Below, piece after piece: positions 10,791 to 22,747 of a DNA stretch of 64,000 nt (within the stretch, counting starts at the first letter, position 1; each line of letters opens with the position of its first letter). The position numbers and the translations under genes are program-made. The notes beneath the pieces were generated by a model. The model was not told the origin of the DNA. It saw only the letters and a list, made by a program, of their open reading frames with translations, and searched no databases. Source of the DNA: Octopus bimaculoides (taxonomy: Eukaryota); assembly GCF_001194135.2 (NCBI RefSeq), contig NC_068984.1, forward strand, positions 1,829,416 through 1,893,415. Reading direction: 5' to 3'.

Positions 10791-13029
10791 AAGACAACAC
10801 GGGAGGGATAGATTTTAACAATATTTTAGTTTAATGCTATCGCACACACACACGCATATATATTTATATAAATATACACATATTTGTTCACAGTACTATC
10901 AATTCCTGCATAGAGTGACCAGCGATATTACACTAGCAATTAGCAAAGGGGTGACGTACGACTTGTTAGAAATTGGGCTGAAGCGATTTCAGAAAGTTTA
11001 GCTCCAGAACAACACCATTAAATAATTATTTCTGTGACATAAACAACGAAAAGAGACAACAAACCAAGAAATAATTATTTCAATAACAATTTGAACAATA
11101 AACAACTCACCAAAACTTTTCGCGGAATTTTTTACGAACATCAACTTCTGAGCTTTCTGATTGGTCGGAGTTATTAGCGACTTTAAATAGAAGTGAATTT
11201 TCAAGGGAAGTAATACTCGGTGGAATCCTCTTCATGGTTATTCAATATTAGAAATAGCAGCCAAATCTCTTTGAATAAGACCCTGTAATCTATCTATCTA
11301 TATATATAATCTTAAATAAAATTCTATAAAAATAAAAAGGGAAGACTCGTTGGTTAAGGTAGTCCCAGGTACACTATGCACGCAAAAATAAGAAGAATAC
11401 AGTTAGGACTGGACAATGGCAAAGCGAGAAGTTTCAATGACATCGATATAGTAACTTCTGTTAAAGATTTATTTTGTTTAGGTTATTCCTACAGATATTC
11501 TATATTAATAAAGTTATGAAACTTACGAATCCACAAACATTCATAAGATTCCCACAATAATAAATTCACATTTCTGTAAGGTTGAATGGATCAAAACTGA
11601 ATTAAACGATTCACTTCGCTACATTTAATAAATTCACCAGTTATTCTCCAGTTAGAGAATTCTCATAGGATATATTGACGCGACTATCATGGAGATATCG
11701 TCGGCAGAAGCAGATCAGTTCTATTAACTATTGTAGGAAACATCTATAGCTTTTAGTTGTTTCAGGCACTGGACTGCGGCCATGCTGGAGCACGGCCTTG
11801 AAAGGTTTTAGTTGAAGAAATCGACTCCAGACTAAGTTTTTTTTTTATTTTTAGGTTTGATACATATTCTATCGGTTTCTTTTGCCGAAGCGTTAAGTTA
11901 TGATTAAGCAGTGGCGTGGGGAGGTGTGTTGGTGACGCACACACACAGAGGCACGTGTATTCGGGATTGAAACCGTACTGTTTTGGCAGGAGGTCCCTTG
12001 TTTCGCAACACAAAACTGAACGCTTTTAATATTCGTAACTTTCTCACTTGTCTTAAAATAACAAAATTGTCAACATTCTATGGAGATGTATTAAAAAGTT
12101 AATTTTTTCCTTCAAAGGTTATATTTATGAATTCAATCTCTCGTAACTTACAAGTTTTTTAAATAAAGAAATCTATAATTTTTATATTTCTATTATTCCA
12201 ATATTTTAATTAAAATAATATTCAAATTAAGCTAACATTGCTTATAAAGACAAAAAGCCTCCAATTTTAGCAATCAACAGTTCAAGGGGAGTAACTCTGA
12301 TTGTTTCTAATCAACAGCTGTTTTAGTTGAAACGTTTCCTCTGGTGAAAACTTGTGATTTTCGCTGCTCATGGAAATAGAAACCCGTTCACATTTCTTGT
12401 TATTAATTGTTATTACTTGAAATGTATTGAGTTGTTTCAACCACGTGTGTAGAAACTGTTTCGCACGTCATACTTACATCTTGTGCTTCTCTCAACTTTA
12501 TTGGCCGAACTAACCAGTCCCCAAAATATCTTTAACTTCCTTCGACAGATATCGATATTAATAACAACTTCAACATCTTTGTAGTTGTCTATACTAATAT
12601 CAATTAGTGCTTCTTTATAGCTGTATATATTTATATCACTTACTGATTTCTTGTAGCTGTATATATATATACGTACGTACTCAGTTATGTATGTATGTAT
12701 GTATGTATGTATGTATGTATGTATGTCATTATTCAGTTTATTCCAAGATTTCTTGCCAATAGAGAAAGAACCGGTTTCTAACCTAGATCCATGCCTCCTT
12801 CATTGGAATTTCAACATCAACAATAGGGTATTTTTGTTTGTAGGTATGTGTTTATGTATGTATGTATGTATGTATGTATGTATGTATGTATGTATGTATG
12901 TATGCACATTTGTATGTATGTATGTATGTATGTATGTATGTATGTATGTATGTTTGTATATGTGCAGATTTATATGTCTTGCTTTATGTATGTATTCTCA
13001 TGCATATAGTTGCATATCTAGACATGCTC

Positions 13030-14345
13030 ATATATACTTAAGTGATAAACTTCTGGAAAGTTTTACAAATTTTTACAGTTCCAGTGATAGATTGGATCTG
13101 CAGTCTTCGAATTAGCTTTCTCCTTTCTGCTTTTGAGAAGCCTAATTTCTCAAGATTGGTATTTAGGCAGTGTGTTACATATCCCAGGGCCCCAATAGTT
13201 ACAGGTATAAACCTGAACTTACAATATGGATAGAGTAACTGCAGATTTCTCATTAGTTCAGCATAGGTGTTCTCTTTTTCACTGATCTTCAGTTTTATAC
13301 TAACATCCGCTGGGCTGCTAATTTCCACAACTGTGCACAGTTTCTCTTCTCTATCCCAAATCATTACATCAGATCTGTTGTGCTTATATTTTATTGAGGT
13401 TATCATTACGGAGCTTTCTACTAACATATCTTCTGCTCATTTAGGCTCATCCTTTCATCTGATGATACGTTGCGGTAGAGTGGTGCGACTTCTTTGGTCA
13501 TGTATTCTAGGTTAGCAGACAAAGAGTGTTGCTGAAGGAGCTGCCTTCCAAGTCTTATGATTTTATCAGCCTCATGTATGCAAACTTGGTCAAGGGATGC
13601 ACGTCGAAACTTGGCGGTTAAAGATGTTACCGAAGGAATATGATGCGACATTCAAAGGCATTTTGGATCGATGTTAAGCCTTTGCCACCTTGTTTCGTTT
13701 TAGGTGGAGGCGGTCTACATCACTGTTCATGTGGACATTATGTGTGCATGTTAGTATTTTTCAGGTTTTCACATTAAGCGTCCTGTTAAGCAACCCAAAT
13801 ATTGATATGAGTACTGGCAGTGCAAACACACTGTGGGCTATTGTTTTATTGAATGCAGAGAGTTCTGAGGTCCAAATTTTCTTTATTCGGTTGTAATATT
13901 CTTTAGCGACACGAGTTTTGTTACAGGTGCCATTGTAAGATATGTTTTCTTCCACCCTTAGATACCTGTAACATTCCTCGTCAGATCTAGTGGAAACAAT
14001 CAAATCATTAATGGAGACGTTACTAGTCTGGTTTATAGTATTCTCCTTTTTCACAACCATATAACATTTATCCTGACCAAACTCCAACCCTGCATCCTTT
14101 GAGAATGTTGTAACCTGGTCAAGGCTTTTTTTCATCTCATGTATATTCTTTGCATATAGTTTTAAGTCATCCACAAAGAAACAGTGTGTAATTTTGGTAT
14201 TTCTGTTTCTTTGTGAACCAGAGAGATATCCTCCAGACTTCCTTAACACGAATGACAAGGGGTTTACAGAAAGAATAAACAGCGTCACAGAGAGGCTGTC
14301 CCCTTGGAATATGCCTTTGCCTATCGCAAAGGCATATCGGTGATA
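13030..14345 (-). mobile_element. R4/Dong-like RLE LINE remnant (RT plus restriction-like endonuclease)
   Basis: GIFQGDSLSVTLFILSVNPLSF and CFFVDDLKLYAK (RT); HNRSDVMIWDREEKLCTVVEISSPAD...KE..Y..L...IPVTIGALG (PD-(D/E)xK RLE). Confidence 0.85.
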
Positions 14346-14349
14346 ATAC

Positions 14350-14780
14350 AGTCACCCTTTGATGGACGCGTGATGGTGAGAAAAAGCCTACGAAAATTCA
14401 GACATCTGCTGACAAACGGGATTTCAAATTTCTGAACCAACCAGCTGCATGCAGTCTGTGGCCCACCACCTTTCGTCTTTGTACCTCTGCGATCAAAGAC
14501 TGGTACTGCACTGCTAAGCAAGCGAGGCAAAATCGAAGCCAGGTGGTGGCAGCATTTTGGCATTGTTTTGGATGGTGAGAGAGTAGTAAGTCTTGTGGTA
14601 ATCGAAGATCTTACACAAGTACCTGGAACCCACCAGCTGGATGATCCATCCACCAATGAGGAAATAATAGTAACCATAAAATTGAATATTAAAAAAGTTC
14701 CTGGGAATGATGGCATTGACGCTGAACTGTTCAAAAAGGTGGTGATGAGATTTCATCTTCCCTGTTCGGTGCCATTTACG
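14350..14780 (+). mobile_element. RTE-like LINE fragment (pre-RT region)
   Basis: EEIIVTIKLNIKKVPGNDGIDAELFK matches the KAPG.DGI.AEL.K motif. Confidence 0.6.
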
Positions 14781-15802
14781 ACAATAAATATCTTCGTGTG
14801 TCATTAAGAGCCAATGATTTCTGCTTTTACATGGTCTTCTGCTCTCCATTTGGTCTTTGCTGTTTATCTCCTGCTGTGACATTGAACAGATGAGAGTCAC
14901 ATCTTCCCCTGGATCAGACTTCATTCATCATAGGCAGGTGTTTTCCGAGATAAGAATTAAATAAAGCAAAATCAGCTAAAAAATGATTAACTACAACATA
15001 CCTGTGATGAGTTAGATCCTCTTCTGTCGCCTATTTAGACTTAATGGATTCTACCAACCTGCATTAACCTGCATTACCTATGTAATGCCAGGTGGACCTG
15101 GCCATCGATGTTAAGTGGCTTACATACAGGTAGAGTATTAGTGAGATCATAAAATCAACTTTGGCTCCGGACACAATAGTAACGACAAGACAAGACATTA
15201 CCAACCGATGTCATAGAGTTGATATTAAACGCGTGCGTGCGTGCTTACGTGCCTGTGTTGCGAAATACAGTGTTAATGCTGGATAGTATCGTCGTCATCA
15301 TCATAACTGTCATCACAATCGTCGTCGTCATCATCATAACTGTCATCATCATCGTCATGATCATGATCCTGATCATCAACATCATCATCATCGTTTTATG
15401 TCCATTTTCCAACGCTGGTATGGGTTAGATGGTTCTCACACCATCCGACCATTTGTCACAGTCATTCCTTATCCGTCACACGCACAGCATATCTCTTTGT
15501 TGCGTGCGATAAGTTTCTTTCTATGGCGGGATGCTCTCCCTGCCACCAACCAACATACAGCGTGGTGTCAGCGCATGTTTTTATACCTCCTGCTCAAGAG
15601 AGATCATCTGCGGTAATACCAAAGATTATCCTGATCCAACGCTGCTGCCATTCAGATCTTCTGTTTCTGACAGACATTTTACAGAGAGATGCCCCTCCCT
15701 TTACCAATTTCTTCATAGCTGGAACTGAGGTGCTTAATAACGGAATAGTAGTGTGATGGTAAACAGCCAGACTCGAGAAGTCGTGTTGTTGAATGGTTAA
15801 AC

Positions 15803-15922
<120 letters not shown>

Positions 15923-16099
15923 AGACGGGGGAAAATGTCGAACAGTCACTCCGTGTATGTTTTATGTTTAATGCGAGGACAGTGAATGATGAGTTATTTA
16001 TACGAATATATATTATTGATAGGATGATGCAGGTGACGTAAACGGGAACCAACAGTTCTATACGATACAACATAACAAAATATCTATCTACCTACCTAC

Positions 16100-16160
<61 letters not shown>

Positions 16161-17041
16161 CATACATACGTATCCATACATACGTACATGCAAACATACA
16201 TATATGCATGCATCCATCCATCCATGTCTTATAGTTTGTTGTTCAAATCCCACCGTCTTGTATGAACTTTGTCTTTCATTCTACAAAGGCTGCACCCAAT
16301 GAAATAATTCCAATTACTATTTAACCTCCCACCCACCCANNNNNNNNNNNNNNNNNNNNNNNNNNNNNNNNNNNNNNNNNNNNNNNNNNNNNNNNNNNNN
16401 NNNNNNNNNNNNNNNNNNNNNNNNNNNNNNNNNNNNNNNNNNNNNNNNNNNNNNNNNNNNNNNNNNNNNNNNNNNNNNNNNNNNNNNNNNNNNNNNNNNN
16501 NNNNNNNNNNNNNNNNNNNNNNNNNNNNNNNNNNNNNNNNNNNNNNNNNNNNNNNNNNNNNNNNNNNNNNNNNNNNNNNNNNNNNNNNNNNNNNNNNNNN
16601 NNNNNNNNNNNNNNNNNNNNNNNNNNNNNNNNNNNNNNNNNNNNNNNNNNNNNNNNNNNNNNNNNNNNNNNNNNNNNNNNNNNNNNNNNNNNNNNNNNNN
16701 NNNNNNNNNNNNNNNNNNNNNNNNNNNNNNNNNNNNNNNNNNNNNNNNNNNNNNNNNNTGGACCAAGTGTTGAGCAACCATGCTATCACCATTCATATCA
16801 GAGTCGAAAAAAACCTTTCTGTTTGGCCATGACATGGTACTTTGTAGCCTGATCTTCAACAGCCTAAGATTATAGTAAAAATTATTTGCCAACATAACAT
16901 GGCAGTCCTGGTTTAGGACGAATGTTGCTGTAATTTAGCCCCAGGAGACATCGTCTCCAGCTGGCTATACGACACGATCTGTGTCCTTATATTTTCAAAC
17001 AAGGGAATCTAGCACCCCCCCCCACTCAGCTCAAAACAATA

Positions 17042-17086
17042 TCTGTGTATCACGATTTCCGGGTTATTTCCCTTCATCAGCACAGA
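17042..17086 (-). ncRNA. Minimal type I hammerhead ribozyme (Penelope-type)
   Basis: Minus strand: TCTGTG CTGATGA A GGG AAATAA CCC G GAAA TC GT GA T A ^ CACAGA. Stem I 6 bp, core CUGAUGA/GAAA, stem II 3 bp, near-palindromic stem III ATCGTGAT. Confidence 0.65.
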
Positions 17087-18619
17087 ATAATTGTTCGCCT
17101 AAGATTAGACCAAAATCACTGATTCCAATGCATTAACTTGGACATAGATAAAGGAACTGGAGTGTAATCACCCATGATCTCATGTTTATGGACTGACCCT
17201 TCACTCTCACTCCCATCCATAATAAAAGTGACTTGAACATACTATTACTCCCCTATGCGCTAAGCACACCCCAACCAGCAAGACTCACCGACAAAAATAA
17301 ATGCAGGCTCCAAAATGAAAAGCCAAAAAGATGAAAAAAACATCAGAAAGATAAAGAGAACTGATGGATCAGTTAAAAGACTGCCAGCAGCAGCAGCACC
17401 CCTTCCCGAGAGCAAATAAATGGAGTTGAAAATGCAACCTCCTCAGAACTACATTTAGGTTTATCATTAATGCCCAAAGTCTTTTATTCCTTTCCAGAAA
17501 ACAAGCATCAGGCCACTGTTTATTCCACTGGCCATTGATTGATGAACACAACATCCTTCACAATGCCGCCAAAGATATGGAGGAGATTCCACAGAACTAA
17601 TTCTGCTCTGTCTTCAGAGATCTTGATGTGATTGACTTAATTGAAGTAAATCACCAACATATCCTCCCTGACATAACTTTTGGTAATGAGGACATCTCGG
17701 CAGCGTTTAATAGAATCAAACAATACATTCTGGCAAACAACTCCCTACTTGAGTGCCACAAAATTAAAGACGATTTGGAGAAGGAAGACATGGAATGTGA
17801 AGAACAGCCTTTACTTAAGTTGTAAACTCAGAGAAGTACAAACAGACAATTATGGCAGGAAGGAGGATGAAACGGATTTATAACACCGGTGGAGAATAGT
17901 GTCCAGAGGGCAAACTGTTGAGGGTTACAACCTCGATTCATGGCTCGAACAAAGTCCCATCTTGTGGCTAGATGAAGTGGAGACAGAGTAATACTGTAGG
18001 CGGAACCATAAGAGACGGGAGAAGGAAGAAAGAGGGGCAGCAGGGAAAGTATGAAATAATTTGAAGTAAAATGTCAGGTTTGCAAGGGAAAAGGCAGAAA
18101 ACTTGAGATTTTCGCATGTGAGGATCAGAAGTGCGAAGTGCTGCTGTTTGCCAGGCAACGGTTTACTTGAGCGAGTTGAGATGTTGTTGGTATTTTCGAT
18201 CAATACGACTATTTATTGATACAAGGTAAATGTTAAGAAGTTTATTCCATGTGTCAACAAGCACCAAAAAAAAAAAGGGTGCAATTTACTCAGACATATT
18301 TAAGGAGGGAAAGCAAGCAGAGTATGTAATATATTTAATGGACTTTATTGAATTGTGGAACTCAGAATGAATGTGTGCCTTAAATAGGGAATCACAGAGA
18401 GCGAGTGAAGAAGATGAGTTAGTGCAGGGTTCGGGTTCGGGTGGACACAGCTGAAACGATGGCAGGGGGGGGGGGCTTAGAATCGCATGAGTTGGGAGTG
18501 TGTGAATGTTAATTCAATGAGAGAATCGAAGATTGTCATGTGAGTTGATTCTTTGTGGTTGAATATTCCACTGCACTGTACCTATCATGATGACTACAAC
18601 AATGATGACGATGTATAGA

Positions 18620-18990
18620 AACGTGTATGTTCCCAGGAGAAGAATCCACTGGAGTTGTAGTGAAAAGGACAGAAGGCGGAGGAGACAGCACGTCCGCGGG
18701 TGAGAGGCTGAAGTACGTTGGTGAGTGACTTTATACTAATCAGCCGAGTGGCCTTTTATTTGAATGAAGTCTTGGATGTCTGTATGTATAGCACCGTCCT
18801 CGGTATGGGAGCCAAACTGTGCTGTAGGCCTCCTCACCTGAGGACTGGAGAGGGTCGTCTGCGGTTTGAAGTATTTTTACGGCTGTGAAGTTGAAAGTCG
18901 ATCTTTGTGATGTCGTTTCAGTTAAGGATGTGTGTTAGCCAGGAGAGATCCGTCGTAATATTAAGGGCCAGCATCTAATACTACATACAC
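18620..18990 (-). mobile_element. CR1/L2-type LINE RT C-terminal remnant
   Basis: Minus translation MLALNITTDLSWLTHI resembles LG..I..DLSW..HI; decayed. Confidence 0.5.
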
Positions 18991-19929
18991 ACACACCCAC
19001 ACACTCACACACATGCACACACACACACACACACGTACGCATACACACATACACATATGCACACTCATACACACGTACACACACACACACACACNNNNNN
19101 NNNNNNNNNNNNNNNNNNNNNNNNNNNNNNNNNNNNNNNNNNNNNNNNNNNNNNNNNNNNNNNNNNNNNNNNNNNNNNNNNNNNNNNNNNNNNNNNNNNN
19201 NNNNNNNNNNNNNNNNNNNNNNNNNNNNNNNNNNNNNNNNNNNNNNNNNNNNNNNNCTCATCGTTGTCGTCGTTGTCAGCGCTATGGCAGCGATGGTGGA
19301 AATGATCAGCCATGAAGAACCGAATCACGTGACAGTCTTCGATTCTCTCATTTAGCGAACAGTTCTTCCCCCAACAGTTCTTCATTTCGTCTCCAAAGAA
19401 ATTCTTCAGCAATTCATTTATTTCTAAATTGACTTCCAGACAACTTCAGCTGCTCAAATAATTTTCTAATCTTTCATTCATGCTTTCCTTCCCACTGTGT
19501 GTGTGTGTATGTGTGTGTGTATGCGTGCGTGTGTGTGTGCGCGTACGTGAGAGAGAGAGAGAGGGAGAATGTCTGCGTGCGTGTGTGTTTGCATGTATGC
19601 GTGTGTTTGCATGTATGCGTGTGTTTGCATGTATGCGTGTGTTTACATGTATGTGCATGTGTGTGCAAGTGTGTGTGTGTGTGTGTCTAATATTGCTGTT
19701 GTTTCAAATGTTTGTTTTTCTTTCTCTTAATCTATTATTTATCTAGTTTAATGATTCTTTTAATGGAATTTTTACTAGCGATGACAGTTAATTTCATTTC
19801 CATCTGAAAACTTTAAGAGGCTTTTTAGATAAACATTGGCGTTGGTAGAAATATGGTTCTACTGATTAAGAAACCATATTCTGGCTGTCAGAAGTCTGGA
19901 GTCTGTTATCCTGGTTAGTTGACGGTAAT

Positions 19930-20250
19930 GCCATTTTATTGTTGGATACCTTCCACGCCATGCTGCTCTCAACGAGATCATAATGCACGACCAAGGGGCC
20001 AGTGAATTGCTAGACTGAGGGCATGGTATGATAGTTTTTCCGTTCCGCGGTGGTAGGCCCTTCATTTGGGGTGCCACATGCAGTAACACCTTCAGTAACA
20101 CCACCAGCCAAGGCTCCGCAGTTCGTCAGGCCGAGAAAGCAAACTGTCAAAGTATCGGTCACTCTCTGACAAGTTTGTGGTCGAGCCTTTGGCAGTGGAG
20201 ACCTTCGGCGTTCATGGCCCCTGGACCATATCCCTGCTCACCGCTATGGA
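19930..20250 (+). mobile_element. CRE-clade RLE LINE C-terminal fragment
   Basis: Frameshifted translation GYLPRHAALNEII...GMIVFPFRGGRPFIWGATCSNTF...VVEPLAVETFGVHGP matches CRE-type RHAALNDII...PDG.TL.PW..GR.L.WDATC.DT...P.AVETLG. Confidence 0.7.
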
Positions 20251-21172
20251 GTGTGTGTGTGTGTGTGTGGGGGGGAGATGGCTATCCGCAAGTGTGAACC
20301 TCATGGTTCAGAGTGGCTGTTGCAGCGCATCTTCCTCGCTATCCTCCGGGGCAAAACCTTTTCCTCTTTGTCTGCTGGGACCATGAGTCAGACTGACCCA
20401 TGATATTTCTTGGCTGTGAGGAAGAGAGAAGATATATTATCTTCTACATTCCCTGACTTGAATAATATTCTTCCATTCCTGCTTAAATGCCTCACCCAAT
20501 GTTCCTCTAATACTTTGCAGCAGATCTTTATGTCTTTCTCTCTCTCTCCTGCCATTTCTTTCTCATCACCACACTAATCCTACGTCACAAAGACCGCATT
20601 CGACTCGCAAGAAATGATAGCAAAATCTCCCTCAAACCCTTAGACTTAAGCTTAGATCCATCATAGGTCCTCGGATTCATAAGGGCCGGAACTTGCTGAG
20701 TTTAGACGCCAATACTCCGTTCACATCATCACCAGCGGTTTTTCTAACTGTTCTAACTAGAACTATTCACTTTGTAACTCGTCTAAAATCGTTGAGTTCT
20801 TAATATACGCCACACTCCATAGCTCTCTGTTTTGGATTGAAGATATTCATCTCCATTCTCTGATTTCATCTTTCTCTGTAACTCCAAACAATTCCTTGAT
20901 TTTCCATTTCCCTCACATGGATAAATCTCAGACATCGAAATACGTCGGACAGCTCGCACTCATAACCATGGCCAACACAATGAGTCTTCAAGCGCTCCAG
21001 ATTTCTTCCTTAACCCAATCTCCGCTCAAATACCACAATCCCAAAAGTCACAAAAACTCAGATACAAATTGCTGTATCATTTGCATTTCATTCTACGTGA
21101 AATTATGACAACAATTGAAGTTGTGCGCCAAGTTTTGTCAATGGAACGAAACGATTGGCTGGGCCTAACCAA

Positions 21173-21242
21173 GCGTAGTGTTTAAGAGCATGGGCTACTA
21201 ACCCCAAAATTCCGAGTTCGGTTCCAGGCAGTGACCTGAATG

Positions 21243-21296
<54 letters not shown>

Positions 21297-21451
21297 TCAT
21301 CGAAAAATACCTTAGGAATGAGAACCCAGGTTCGAAATTTCCCCAAGACACCTGATGAAGGCTGGAGGGTATATCAGCCGAAACGTTGTGTTAGCAACAA
21401 ACAAGATGAGGACAAATGTCCATCAAATGTAAATAATGTAAATAATGTAAA
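21173..21451 (+). mobile_element. tRNA-head SINE-like element with internal hammerhead, copy A
   Basis: A box GCGTAGTG, anticodon-like arm GGG CTACTAA CCC, B box GAGTTCGGTTCC, (AAT)n linker, conserved body, hammerhead at 21347-21392, tail (ATGTAAATA)n. Related copies at 33738-33968 and 57070-57581. Confidence 0.85.
21347..21392 (+). ncRNA. Minimal type I hammerhead ribozyme in SINE-like element
   Basis: GACAC CTGATGA A GGCTG GAGGGTATAT CAGCC GAAA CG T T ^ GTGTT. Stem I 5 bp (one G.U), stem II 5 bp perfect, palindromic ACGT stem III. Confidence 0.75.
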
Positions 21452-21505
21452 CCAGAGAATTCTATGACATGTGGGTGTTAGCAAAAAATGGATACTTTTT
21501 ATTCC

Positions 21506-22716
21506 ATGTAGGAATGTGACAGCAGCCGTTCGGCATAAGCTCACAGGTCCGAAATGGTTGGACACTGCACTAGTGCGTGCAGAACGTTTTCGTCGCTCTG
21601 ACCGCATCCGGGGCAAGTCGGTCCTGTGTATCTCGAACCGTGCCTGTAGNNNNNNNNNNNNNNNNNNNNNNNNNNNNNNNNNNNNNNNNNNNNNNNNNNN
21701 NNNNNNNNNNNNNNNNNNNNNNNNNNNNNNNNNNNNNNNNNNNNNNNNNNNNNNNNNNNNNNNNNNNNNNNNNNNNNNNNNNNNNNNNNNNNNNNNNNNN
21801 NNNNNNNNNNNNNNNNNNNNNNNNNNNNNNNNNNNNNNNNNNNNNNNNNNNNGGACAAAATACAATGTAGTGCTTTTCTTTTCGAAAGAAAAAGGGAGGA
21901 AATAGAAGAAAAAGGGAAGAAAAAATTCCGATCAAAAGAGATCGTGTAAAAAAAAAAAACCGATCAAAAGGGATCATGTATCACAGAACAGAGCAAAAAT
22001 GTAAAAAACACAGATTAAGTTTATCCGTGGAAAGAAAAGCCTACGAAAAAGACCACGGTATCCTCAGGCAGGGAGGGAAAAAACACGAGAGTAAAGTGTT
22101 CTCTCTCTCAATTTACAGGATCATGCTCAAAGTGGTTTCGTCATTCACGCGTACCATCTTTGCTACATTCACCCACCTTTTATCGAATCTTTCACGAGAC
22201 AAAACCTGCCTCTCCATTCTCACCTTCCTTTTCAAGTGGTACTTGAAAAAGTTGATGAGCGATTGGTCAGAGAGGTAAGTGTTTGTTTCTAATCCTTTCG
22301 CTCGAGTCCACCACACATTCTTTCACCATGGCCACCAGTATGATGAACACTGCCTTGCCTTTCCGGTTGAGGGAAGATGGGGGAGCAATTTTCCCGATAG
22401 ACTCGGCCGATAACCGAATTCGTCCCACATGTGACAGCAGCCGTTCGGCATAAGCTCACAGGTCCGAAATGGTTGGACACTGCACGAGTGCGTGCAGAAC
22501 GTTTTCGTCGCTCTGACCGCATCCGGGGCAAGTCGGTCCTGTGTATCTCGAACCGTGCCTGTAGAACTTATCCCGAACGGGCAATGCTTCCCGATAGCAC
22601 TGTCAGACCAGGGATCTCTGATGATTGTCCATAGGTCCCGGCCCGAATGTTGTCCTGAACAGGCGAGTCAGGTGTTCCTCGTTGAAGAAACAGGGGAAGA
22701 TGAACTATGTAAATGA

Positions 22717-22747
<31 letters not shown>

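Noticed and set aside
11000-11230. CCAAT-like (CTGATTGG) and TATA-like motifs plus a minus-strand GTGAGT donor as a promoter/first exon
   Set aside because: Short motifs that are common in AT-rich DNA; no linked gene could be established.
21173-21240. tRNA-like head as a genuine tRNA-Ser gene
   Set aside because: It lacks a proper acceptor stem and long variable arm, and is always fused to the same downstream repeat body; treated as a SINE head.
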